NCBI GenBank assembly: GCA_029261065.1
Contig: JAJDCB010000012.1
Coordinates: forward strand, 13,430 to 77,429
Reading direction: 5' to 3'
DNA: 64,000 bases
From: Candidatus Omnitrophota bacterium
Lineage (GTDB): Bacteria; Omnitrophota; Gorgyraeia; Zapsychrales; Zapsychraceae
Shown in pieces: positions 9,998 through 18,879 of the stretch. Below the pieces are notes generated by a model. That model saw only the letters and a list, made by a program, of their open reading frames with translations, was not told the DNA's origin and searched no databases. The first letter of the stretch is position 1; each line of letters begins with the position of its first letter. Both the position numbers and the translations under genes were made by a program.

Positions 9998-11065
9998 TTA
10001 ATGTTTTTCTTCAAGTAGTTTGTTGGCTAATTGAATGATATCTTCCCCAATAATTTTCGGCGAACATTGTTCTTCATAAATCTTACGACCATTTTTGGCG
10101 ATTTTTTCGCGAAGCAATGGATCATTCTTTAAATCAGTGATAGCCTCTGCTAAGGATTTCGGATTGGCACAATCGCATAGGTAGATGTTTTCTTTGTGTG
10201 TAACTAATTCTTTGATAGACGGTGTGTTTGCTGTGATGATTGGTTTTCCAAGAGCCAGAGTTTCATAAACTTTAAAGGGGATGACCAATTGTGTTTTTTC
10301 TGTTTCTCCAAATAATCCAAGACAGATGTTTGCCTTAGACATATATTGAGGGATTTCAAAAAAAGCGACTGGCGGGATAAATGTAATGTTTTTTAGGCCT
10401 AAATCATGAGCTTGTTTTTTGCGTTCCTCTAATTCTCTCCCGCCCCCTACCATTTGGAATTTAATATCCGGTAATAATTGGGCTGCTTCAATAATATATT
10501 TTGTGCCATGGAGTGCTTGGTATTCTCCATGAAAATGAATAAGAAAGGCATCTTCTTTGGGTGTAGCTGTTTGTTTCATAATCGTATCATCACACCCCAA
10601 GAATGAGCGATGAAATTTACGTTTATCTAAGGAATATTCTTTAATAAAATAATTAATATGTTCATGGGTATCAAGAAGGACCATATCAGATAACTGACAA
10701 GATAGTTTTTCCATGTAACGAACAATAGAGGCTTGAATTCCTTCGGGTTTAATGGACTTACGATCAAAGGCGAGTGTTTGATAGGTAGATAAAAAAGCTT
10801 CAAAAATTATTTTTTTGCGTGTAAATAAACGGACAAATGGGATTAAGAATTGCCCTAAAAATCCTACAAGAATAATATCACATTTGTGTTTGTATTTTAG
10901 AAATCTAAAAAAACCAACGATGTAACGAAATACAGATTTTTTATCATAGGAGCAATCATAAACAATAGCCCCCGCTTCTTTTAATCCGCGTTTTAAAACC
11001 CTTGTGCGGACATAACTGGACTCACGACCAGGGAAATAACAAATTGTTAGGGGCTTGGCTGTCAT
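9998..11065 (-). CDS. glycosyltransferase (GT1/GT4-like, GT-B fold)
   Basis: C-terminal VYETLALGKPIITANTPSIKELV motif. Position in the glycan cluster. Confidence 0.6.
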   Translation of the reverse strand: MTAKPLTICYFPGRESSYVRTRVLKRGLKEAGAIVYDCSYDKKSVFRYIVGFFRFLKYKHKCDIILVGFLGQFLIPFVRLFTRKKIIFEAFLSTYQTLAFDRKSIKPEGIQASIVRYMEKLSCQLSDMVLLDTHEHINYFIKEYSLDKRKFHRSFLGCDDTIMKQTATPKEDAFLIHFHGEYQALHGTKYIIEAAQLLPDIKFQMVGGGRELEERKKQAHDLGLKNITFIPPVAFFEIPQYMSKANICLGLFGETEKTQLVIPFKVYETLALGKPIITANTPSIKELVTHKENIYLCDCANPKSLAEAITDLKNDPLLREKIAKNGRKIYEEQCSPKIIGEDIIQLANKLLEEKH

Positions 11066-11095
11066 CGTTTTAAGGGCTGTTAATAAGATGTGGGG

Positions 11096-12091
11096 TTATT
11101 GCCAACTAAGAGGTAAGTTTTTTCTAATTTCGATGTTCTCAAAGTCTTTACTCTTTCGAATCCCCACCTCTTTGGCCCACGTGGCCATTTGTGATAACCC
11201 CTCCTCAATTGAAGTCGATGTCTGATTGGGAAAAAATTTATTAATTTTGCTGTGATCTGAGTAGGCGTGTAATACTTCATTTCGGGCTGGTAAGTATTCG
11301 ACATTGGGCTCTATACCCATAGCTTGAGCAACAAGTTTTACAAGTTCGTTAACAGAGTAGTTTTTATCAGCGCCGATATTAAATATTTCATTAAGGCATT
11401 CTTTCTTTTCAATAGATTCAGCCATAACAGGTGTTAAATCTTTAATATAGCTAAAAGCTCGTGTCTGGGTTCCATCTCCAAATATGGGGAGTTTTTCATT
11501 TTGCATCATACGATTCATAAATATGCCTATCACATTGCGGTAGCGATCACCAATATTTTGCATCTCACCATATACATTGTGCGGCCGGAAAATAATAGAA
11601 TTAAGGCCAAACATCTCTTTAGTGACTTCTAATTCTTTCTCCACAGCAAATTTGGCAATTCCATAAGAGTCTTCAGGGCTTGGAATAAGATCTTCTTTCA
11701 TCGGGACTTGATTGGTTCCATAAACAGCAATGGATGATGTAAAAACAAAACATTTAATATCATGTTTGACGCTTTCGTTAATAAGATTGACTGAGCCAAT
11801 GACATTATTGTTATAGTTAAAACGTTTAATAAAGTGACTTAAACCTTCAGCGGCATAAGCGGCTAAATGGAAAACATAATCAAATTTAATTTTTGAAAAC
11901 AGCTCTTCAATAAGAGCAACATCAAGAATGCTTCCTTCTACAAATTCTGCTTGTTTGGAAACATTATCCTTAAAACCACCACTTAAATCATCAAGACCAA
12001 CAACTTGATATCCTCTCTCTAATAAGTCATTGACTAGGTGAGATCCTATAAATCCAGCCGCTCCTGTTACAAGAACACATCCTTTGCTCAT
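11096..12091 (-). CDS. NAD-dependent NDP-sugar epimerase/dehydratase (extended SDR)
   Basis: Rossmann motif VTGAAGFIGSHL. Catalytic YxxxK (YGIAKFAVEK). Confidence 0.8.
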   Translation of the reverse strand: MSKGCVLVTGAAGFIGSHLVNDLLERGYQVVGLDDLSGGFKDNVSKQAEFVEGSILDVALIEELFSKIKFDYVFHLAAYAAEGLSHFIKRFNYNNNVIGSVNLINESVKHDIKCFVFTSSIAVYGTNQVPMKEDLIPSPEDSYGIAKFAVEKELEVTKEMFGLNSIIFRPHNVYGEMQNIGDRYRNVIGIFMNRMMQNEKLPIFGDGTQTRAFSYIKDLTPVMAESIEKKECLNEIFNIGADKNYSVNELVKLVAQAMGIEPNVEYLPARNEVLHAYSDHSKINKFFPNQTSTSIEEGLSQMATWAKEVGIRKSKDFENIEIRKNLPLSWQ

Positions 12092-12099
12092 GGGTAATA

Positions 12100-13047
12100 T
12101 TATCCTTTGCTTTGTAGTTCTATTTTTTTGACACGATATAACGTTTCTTCATTTAAACGTCTGTTTGCGGCAATAAGATCTGAAACAATACCAATAATTA
12201 ATACTTGAAATCCAATGATGATAAAGACGGATGCCAAAATTAAAGATTGTATTTTTCCAGCGCCGCCAAAGAGAATGTAATGATAAATGAATCTGCATCC
12301 AATGAGAACGCCAACGGAACACAGTGCCACGCCAATGGTGGTAAATAAACGAAATGGGTTAAACATTGAATAAATGCGAATGATCGTGATGATCGAGCGT
12401 TTGATATATTCAGGAATGCTTTTAAAGAGTCGTGATTTACGTGCGACGAAATTAGTAGATATAAGGATATTAGCAATAGTTAATTCTTTATGTTCTGCTT
12501 GAATGATGCTTTCTAAAGTGTAGGTATATTCTGAAATGATATCGAGTTTAAGAGCGGCTTCTTTACTGTAGGCCCTAAAGCCCGTTGTAGCATCTGAGAT
12601 GTTAGAGCCAGCTAATTGGCGTACGACGGCTGTCCCAATGCGTTGTAATCTTTTCTTTATCCATGAAAATTGTGAAACATTATCAATGTCCCTGTTTCCA
12701 ATCACAATATCGGCTTTACCCTCTACGATGGGGTGAATTAATCGAGGAATATCCTCTCCTCTATATTGCCCATCGGCATCTGTATTAACAATGATGTCCG
12801 CCCCGGCTTGTAGAGAAGCATCTAGACCAGCGGCAAAGGCACGGGCTAAGCCTTTTCTTTTTGTAAACCGAACAATATGATTTACACCACACCTTTTGGC
12901 AACTTCAAAGGTGTTATCTGTGCTCCCATCATCAATGATAAGGGTTTCTATGCACGATACTCCTTCAATAGCCGTAGGAAGTGCTTTTAAGGTATCCGGA
13001 AGACTTTCTTCTTCATTGAGACACGGTATCTGGATAATTAGTTTCAT
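12100..13047 (-). CDS. GT2 polyprenyl-phosphate sugar synthase (ArnC/DPM1/GtrB-like) with C-terminal TM helices
   Basis: LIIDDGSTDNT, DADGQY (DXD). Two C-terminal TM segments. Size 315 aa, close to ArnC. Confidence 0.75.
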   Translation of the reverse strand: MKLIIQIPCLNEEESLPDTLKALPTAIEGVSCIETLIIDDGSTDNTFEVAKRCGVNHIVRFTKRKGLARAFAAGLDASLQAGADIIVNTDADGQYRGEDIPRLIHPIVEGKADIVIGNRDIDNVSQFSWIKKRLQRIGTAVVRQLAGSNISDATTGFRAYSKEAALKLDIISEYTYTLESIIQAEHKELTIANILISTNFVARKSRLFKSIPEYIKRSIITIIRIYSMFNPFRLFTTIGVALCSVGVLIGCRFIYHYILFGGAGKIQSLILASVFIIIGFQVLIIGIVSDLIAANRRLNEETLYRVKKIELQSKG

Positions 13048-13136
13048 GGGTTTTTCTCGCTTATTGTTGAAATGTTAGTATTCTAACTTTCATTATAAGT
13101 GACAACAAGGTTTAATCAAAAAATTTCCTTAAAAAG

Positions 13137-14144
13137 TTAATTTTTTGATTTGTAGATATCTTTCCAGTAATTCTGGAGTTCTTTCCTTTTTTTTGTGCAC
13201 CACGGTCTTTGATTGGTAACCCAGGCAATGGTGTCATCCAAAGTTTTAGTAAAACTGTGTTTTTGCTTCCAACCTAATTTTTTTAATTTTTGATAATTAA
13301 CGGAATATCGAAAGTCATGATTCAGCCGATCTTTTACGTAAAGTATTTCTCGTTGTGTTTTTCCTAGTTTTTTAAGAATTGTTTTGGCTGTTGATAAATT
13401 ATCTTGGTGATATGAGCTTCCAATATTGTAGACTTCTCCAAGGGTTCCTTTTTTACTAATTAAATGTATGGCTTCTATACAATCTTCAATAGATAACCAA
13501 CATCGAATTTGATGACCTTTTCCATAAAGCGGGACTTTTTTTGAATCAAGGAGTTGAATGATTGCAAGAGGTATAAATTTTTCGGGATATTGCCAAGGAC
13601 CAAACGTATTAACGGGACGAACAATGATGGCGGGAAATTGGTTTATATTGATAGCCAGCATTACGAGTTGATCCGCTAATGCTTTTGTTATGGCATAAGG
13701 GTTGCTAGGTTTAAGCGCTGCGCGCTCATTGACACTTCCCTTTGCAATGCTGCCATAGACTTCATCTGTTGAGATATGGATAAATTTTTTGATGTTTGAT
13801 TTGATAGATGCTTGGATAACGTTTTGTGTGCCCGCTACATTTGATTGAGTAAATGGTTTGATATCAAGGTTGCTACGATCAACATGTGTTTCTGCGGCAA
13901 AATGGTAAACAATGTCAGGTTTTTCTTTTAGAAAAATTTTTTCTAAAGATTTATATCTGCAGATGTCTTGTTTATAGAAGGTAACTGTTTTTTTTAAGTG
14001 CTCGAGTCTTTGGAGTGACCCAGCATAGGTTAGTTTGTCGATAATGACAATTTTATTTGTAGAAATGTTTAAGGATTTGGCAAAGGCGCTTCCTATAAAT
14101 CCAGCACCCCCCGTTATTAGAATTGTTTTTGTTTTTGGGGCCAT
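13137..14144 (-). CDS. rfbB: dTDP-glucose 4,6-dehydratase-like NDP-sugar dehydratase
   Basis: ILITGGAGFIGSAF, YHFAAETHVDRS, catalytic PYAITKA (YxxxK). Confidence 0.75.
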   Translation of the reverse strand: MAPKTKTILITGGAGFIGSAFAKSLNISTNKIVIIDKLTYAGSLQRLEHLKKTVTFYKQDICRYKSLEKIFLKEKPDIVYHFAAETHVDRSNLDIKPFTQSNVAGTQNVIQASIKSNIKKFIHISTDEVYGSIAKGSVNERAALKPSNPYAITKALADQLVMLAININQFPAIIVRPVNTFGPWQYPEKFIPLAIIQLLDSKKVPLYGKGHQIRCWLSIEDCIEAIHLISKKGTLGEVYNIGSSYHQDNLSTAKTILKKLGKTQREILYVKDRLNHDFRYSVNYQKLKKLGWKQKHSFTKTLDDTIAWVTNQRPWCTKKRKELQNYWKDIYKSKN

Positions 14145-14167
14145 TATAGGTTTAGTGGAAAAACGTG

Positions 14168-14833
14168 TTAAGTGGGTTCATCTTTGGAGAGGTAGTATTC
14201 TTGACCAAGTTCGATACGCGATTTACCTTTTTTGATGCGCCAAAGATTTGTGTCTCGTAGCGAATAAACGCAGCCACAATATTCTTGTTTATAAAAATTT
14301 TCTCTTTTAGCAATTTCATACATTCTTTGAGATCCGCCCTCTTTTCGCCAATTATATGTCCAATATACTAAATCGGTATAACGGCTCGCGGCACGTATAC
14401 CACTTTGATTAATTTGATTCATGTCTTTCCATCGGGAAAGTCCTAATGTGCTACAAAATAAAGAAAAGTTGTTTTCTTTGGCATACAGAGCTGTTCGTTC
14501 AAAACGCATATCAAAGCACATTGAACAACGTTTACCACGTTCTGGTTCCCATTCGAGACCCTTCACACGTTTAAACCAATGATCTCTGTCATAGTCAGCA
14601 TCAACAAAAGGAATGTTTAATTTTTTGGCAAAACGGATATTTTCATTTTTACGAATTTCGTATTCATTCTTTGGATGAATATTAGGATTGTAGAAAAAAA
14701 CAGTTAATTCGATGCCTGAGTGAAGTATTTTTTCCATGATTTCACCAGCGCATGGCGCACAACAAGAGTGTAATAAAACCCGTTTGGCGTTATTAGGAAT
14801 GGATATCCGAGGTGAATTTTTGTTTTTTGTCAT
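14168..14833 (-). CDS. queH: epoxyqueuosine reductase QueH (DUF208)
   Basis: [12 protein letters not shown] cysteine motif plus further conserved Cys (CSMC, YCGC). Length 221 aa. Confidence 0.6.
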   Translation of the reverse strand: MTKNKNSPRISIPNNAKRVLLHSCCAPCAGEIMEKILHSGIELTVFFYNPNIHPKNEYEIRKNENIRFAKKLNIPFVDADYDRDHWFKRVKGLEWEPERGKRCSMCFDMRFERTALYAKENNFSLFCSTLGLSRWKDMNQINQSGIRAASRYTDLVYWTYNWRKEGGSQRMYEIAKRENFYKQEYCGCVYSLRDTNLWRIKKGKSRIELGQEYYLSKDEPT

Positions 14834-14860
14834 CTTAAGGAAGGATTGCTTTTTACGAGA

Positions 14861-15277
14861 CTATTTGCTCCTTGAATCTCGTGATCTTTTTCTAAACGCT
14901 TCTAATTGATCTCGGGTTTTCTTTCTTTTTTCTGCTAACCTTTTTACTTTTCTCTTCTTCTTTTGTAATATTTTCTTTTTCTTATTGGCCTTTTTGTCTT
15001 TTATAGCCTGATTTCTTCTTTGAACTTTTTGCTTAATTCTTAGCTTTTTATCTTTAATTCTTTTCTCTTTTGCTTTTATTTTTAGTCTAATCTTTTTAAA
15101 TAAATTAATATGCGCAGTTTTTTCTTCATTTGTGGCATCGTACCAACTTCTTTTATACGTTCTTTCAAAGGATCTTCTTATTTCTAAAGTGTTTGCAAAG
15201 ACTGCTTGAGTCATGGATATGGTAACTGCAGCTATGAGCACATAAGAAATGCAAATTTTTAGAGTTTTTCTAATCAT
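14861..15277 (-). CDS. secreted, extremely lysine/arginine-rich protein of unknown function
   Basis: N-terminal signal peptide (MIRKTLKICISYVLIAAVTISMTQAVFA). C-terminal ~80 aa are >50% K/R. Confidence 0.5.
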   Translation of the reverse strand: MIRKTLKICISYVLIAAVTISMTQAVFANTLEIRRSFERTYKRSWYDATNEEKTAHINLFKKIRLKIKAKEKRIKDKKLRIKQKVQRRNQAIKDKKANKKKKILQKKKRKVKRLAEKRKKTRDQLEAFRKRSRDSRSK

Positions 15278-15376
15278 AGTAGTATCTATTCTTGTTTAAA
15301 TTATTTCGTAGTTAAGTATAGCATTATTTTATACTATTTTCCAATTTGAATTCGTTCTTGTTTCTTTATAAGTCAT

Positions 15377-16231
15377 TTATTTGCAATTGTTTATTGCTTT
15401 TGGGATGGATTCGATGATATCAGAGGCAATCAGAGAAAGTTTTGATCGTTTTTTAGCGGCCAGATCGCCAGCAATACCATGCAAATAGGCCCCGAATTTA
15501 GCCGCTTGATAGCCTGTTAATCCTTGGGCCAAAAAAGCCCCAATCATGCCACTTAAGACGTCACCAGAGCCTGCTGAGGCCATGCCAGAGTTCCCAGTGG
15601 TATTGAAATATAATGCCTTCCCTCTCTCTCCAACAAGGGTTTTATGTCCTTTAAGGAGCAATGATACGGAATATTGATAAATAAATTTTTTTACGTATTT
15701 CCTTCGATTCGATTCAATAGTTTCTTTTTTGACATTTATCAATTTAGAGAATTCTCCAGGGTGTGGTGTCAGGACTCGAATGGCCTGGTTTTTGTTTAAA
15801 ATCTTTTTATTAGAAGCTAACGCCGTTAAGGCGGCAGCATCAATGAGAAGTGGTAAGGGCGTATGTTCTATGATACGAAGAATTAAACGTTGTGTACTAG
15901 GATGGGTTCCCAATCCTGGTCCGATTACAATAGCGTTACACTTTTGAGAGAATTTTAATATTTGACTATAAGCACGTCCACCAAGAGTTCCAGCGGGTGT
16001 CTCAGCTAAAGGTAATGTCATGATAGTGTTTGAAACTTTTTTTTGCGCAGCTAGATTTAGACTGTTAGGAATTCCAAGTGTGACAAGACCAGCTCCTGCT
16101 CTCATCGCACTTAAAGCTGTTAATGCGCCAGCACCTAACATTGTTTTTGAACCAGCTAGGATAAGAAGGTGCCCAAAGTTATTTTTATGTACGTTTGATT
16201 TTTTTCGTTGTAATGGGGTGGGCAGACGCAT
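15377..16231 (-). CDS. nnr: NAD(P)H-hydrate dehydratase (YjeF C-terminal domain only)
   Basis: GHLLILAGSKTMLGAGALTA and GSGDVLSG motifs of the carbohydrate-kinase-like YjeF_C domain. No N-terminal epimerase domain. Confidence 0.8.
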   Translation of the reverse strand: MRLPTPLQRKKSNVHKNNFGHLLILAGSKTMLGAGALTALSAMRAGAGLVTLGIPNSLNLAAQKKVSNTIMTLPLAETPAGTLGGRAYSQILKFSQKCNAIVIGPGLGTHPSTQRLILRIIEHTPLPLLIDAAALTALASNKKILNKNQAIRVLTPHPGEFSKLINVKKETIESNRRKYVKKFIYQYSVSLLLKGHKTLVGERGKALYFNTTGNSGMASAGSGDVLSGMIGAFLAQGLTGYQAAKFGAYLHGIAGDLAAKKRSKLSLIASDIIESIPKAINNCK

Positions 16232-16243
16232 AATAGGGGGCGA

Positions 16244-16960
16244 TTAGTGATTAATGATGTGATTCATTTCTTTAACAGCACTTCCTAAACCTACAAAAAT
16301 AGAACGGGCAATGATAGAATGTCCGATGTTGAGTTCCTCTATTTCAGATATTTTGGCAATGGGGGAAACATTGTCATATTTTAATCCATGTCCTGCGCTA
16401 ACGGTCATTCCTAGGCTATGGGCGTATTGAGCGGCGGCAGTAATTTTCTTTAGTTCTTTGTCTTGAGCTTCCTTTTTTTTAGCATTGGCATATTTTCCTG
16501 TATGCAATTCAATAATATCTATTCCGGATTCCTTTGTTTTTTTGATATGGCTTTTGATTGGATCGATAAATAAACTCACTTCAATTTTTTTTGCTTGTAA
16601 TTCTTGAGTCACGCGTTTGATTTTTTGAAATTGCCCTATAACATCAAGGCCCCCCTCTGTTGTGAGTTCATTTCTTTTTTCTGGAACGAGAGTCGCTTGA
16701 TCGGGTTTTATTTTAATGGCTATTTTAACTATGGCAGGATCCATTGACATCTCCAGATTAAAGCGGGTACGTAAGCTTTTCTTAAGATTTTCAATGTCCT
16801 TTTTGTTGATGTGACGAGCATCTTCTCTTAAATGGGCAACAATGCTATCAGCACCTGCATTTTCAACTATTTGAGCCGCTTCGATAGGGTCAGGCTCAAA
16901 CTCTTGACGAGCTTGACGAAGGGTAGCCACATGATCTATATTTACTCCTAATTTTGGCAT
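16244..16960 (-). CDS. pdxJ: pyridoxine 5'-phosphate synthase
   Basis: MPKLGVNIDHVATLRQAR N-terminus. Full-length TIM-barrel PdxJ. Confidence 0.9.
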   Translation of the reverse strand: MPKLGVNIDHVATLRQARQEFEPDPIEAAQIVENAGADSIVAHLREDARHINKKDIENLKKSLRTRFNLEMSMDPAIVKIAIKIKPDQATLVPEKRNELTTEGGLDVIGQFQKIKRVTQELQAKKIEVSLFIDPIKSHIKKTKESGIDIIELHTGKYANAKKKEAQDKELKKITAAAQYAHSLGMTVSAGHGLKYDNVSPIAKISEIEELNIGHSIIARSIFVGLGSAVKEMNHIINH

Positions 16961-17017
16961 GGTATTTCTAATCCTATGTTTTAGTCTTTAGAAAATATAT
17001 ATCAAACTAAGTCTTGG

Positions 17018-17119
17018 TTATTTAGAAATTTCTTTTGTGACATAGTACCAAGTCACCGAAGCTAAGACTAAGGCGATGAGTTTTAAAATCCAGTTATGTG
17101 TGATTAATTTTTTAAACAT
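17018..17119 (-). CDS. possible 33-aa single-TM peptide (MFKKLITHNWILKLIALVLASVTWYYVTKEISK) starting 4 nt after the cdaA stop
   Basis: Manual translation of the minus strand. ATG at 17119, stop at 17018. Not in the ORF track (<60 aa). Confidence 0.25.
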   Translation of the reverse strand: MFKKLITHNWILKLIALVLASVTWYYVTKEISK

Positions 17120-17122
17120 AAG

Positions 17123-17908
17123 TTATTCTTTTTGTCCTTTAGCTTTTGTATCTTCACCAAATAAAAGACTTTTTAAAATGTTTAATAAGCGTTCTTTATT
17201 GACAATGGGAATGAATCTTCCATCAGAGGCTACCGATACCTCCCCTGATTCTTCAGAAACCATAATAGCCACCGCATCTGTTTGCTCTGTAATCCCTAAA
17301 GCTGCTCTGTGACGTGTTCCTATAATTTTACTAAAGTTTGGATTATCTGATAATGGAAATAAACAGGAGGCCGCAACAATACGATTTCCTCTTGTGATGA
17401 CACCTCCATCGTGTAAAGGGGTTTGTTGGGTAAAGATACTTTGAATAAGTTCGGATGAAATCTGGGCATCAATGGTGATACCGCTTTCGATATATGTATT
17501 AAGTTTTGTTTCACGTTCAATAGCAATAAGACATCCAATTTTATGACGACTCATTTTGTATGCGGCAGCTGTCATCTCTTCAATAATCTCAACAAGCTCA
17601 GCCTCTTCAAGGCCCATCTCAAACATATGTCTTTGACCTAAACGAGCAAGGCCTTGTCGAAGTTCTTGCTGGAAGATAATCATGACAGCGATAATAGATA
17701 TCGCAAAAAACTTTGTCAAAAGCCAATTAAGAGTTGTTAATCCAAGAAGTTGGCAGATTAAAAAGGCACCGAATAGATAACTTATTCCTTTTAGAACTTG
17801 GAAAGCTCGCGAGCCTTCAAAAAAGACAAGCATTTTGTAAAAGGCTATCCACAGAATTAAAATTTCTAAAGTAGGAATAATATGGTCCCAAATCTCAAAT
17901 ATAGACAC
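17123..17908 (-). CDS. cdaA: diadenylate cyclase (c-di-AMP synthase) CdaA with N-terminal TM helices
   Basis: DAC domain motifs TPLHDGGVI and GTRHRAALGITE. 2-3 N-terminal TM helices. Confidence 0.85.
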   Translation of the reverse strand: MSIFEIWDHIIPTLEILILWIAFYKMLVFFEGSRAFQVLKGISYLFGAFLICQLLGLTTLNWLLTKFFAISIIAVMIIFQQELRQGLARLGQRHMFEMGLEEAELVEIIEEMTAAAYKMSRHKIGCLIAIERETKLNTYIESGITIDAQISSELIQSIFTQQTPLHDGGVITRGNRIVAASCLFPLSDNPNFSKIIGTRHRAALGITEQTDAVAIMVSEESGEVSVASDGRFIPIVNKERLLNILKSLLFGEDTKAKGQKE

Positions 17909-17910
17909 TT

Positions 17911-18879
17911 CTAAGACTCCTCTATAATTTTTTCATTAATAATCGCATCAGCCATTGTGGCTGTTTGTTTGACGTGTGCTACGTCATGAACGCGAACAAT
18001 ATGGGCACCATTTAAAATGCTTGCACACACACTTGATAACGTTCCATTAAGACGTTTGTTAACGTCTAAATCTAACACTTTGCCGATAAATGATTTACGT
18101 GATGTCCCCATCAAGAGTGGTTGATTGAGAGTTTGGAAATGTTGAAGTCTATTTATAATTTGTAGATTATGTTCAATGCTTTTTCCAAAGCCAATGCCAG
18201 GATCAATAATTATTCTATCCGACTTTATCCCAATTTCCAAGCAATTTTCAATGGATTTTTGCAATTGCTTTATAATTTCGCCAATAACGTCATTATAAGC
18301 AACATGGCGTTGCATCGTTTTCGGCTTACCCTTGATATGCATAAGCACGATAGCAGCATCGTAGTCTCTTACCATTTTTAGGAGCTTTTTATCTAAATCA
18401 ACACCCATGATGTTATTAACAATACAAGCTCCAGCATCTAAAGCTTTTTGAGCGACTTGGGATTTGTAGGTATCAATAGAAATGGGGGTTTTGTTAGTTT
18501 TGGTTAGCTTTTCAATAATGGGAATGACACGAGAGCTTTCTTCTTTTATAGATATACGATTAGCACCAGGACGTGATGATTCCCCCCCGATATCAATAAT
18601 ATCGGCCCCTTCTTTTATCATCTTTTTAGCTTGATTGAGGGCTTTTTGCAAGTGTTTGAAAGATGAGTTTGTTTTAAGGCAACCATCTAAACTAAAGGAA
18701 TCCGGAGTCATATTGAGGATCCCCATGATAAGGGTTTTGGTGCCTACGTGCAGAGGGTAGGTTCTGGCTTTGATAGTAAAATGTTTACGGCGGTAAGGTG
18801 CAGGATATGCTTTATTAAGACGAAGCTTCTGTCCCATCTTTTGGTTTCTCAGTCTCGTTGTCTTCTTTTGGCGTTTCAA
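17911..18879 (-). CDS. folP: dihydropteroate synthase (true start probably an internal Met, ~18837)
   Basis: DIIDIGGESSRPGA pterin-binding motif. The called start overlaps the ftsH 3' end by 65 nt. Confidence 0.9.
   Translation of the reverse strand: MKRQKKTTRLRNQKMGQKLRLNKAYPAPYRRKHFTIKARTYPLHVGTKTLIMGILNMTPDSFSLDGCLKTNSSFKHLQKALNQAKKMIKEGADIIDIGGESSRPGANRISIKEESSRVIPIIEKLTKTNKTPISIDTYKSQVAQKALDAGACIVNNIMGVDLDKKLLKMVRDYDAAIVLMHIKGKPKTMQRHVAYNDVIGEIIKQLQKSIENCLEIGIKSDRIIIDPGIGFGKSIEHNLQIINRLQHFQTLNQPLLMGTSRKSFIGKVLDLDVNKRLNGTLSSVCASILNGAHIVRVHDVAHVKQTATMADAIINEKIIEES

Noticed and set aside
11080-11304. 74-aa ORF overlapping the 3' end of the epimerase gene
   Set aside because: Alternative frame on the same strand. 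No support.
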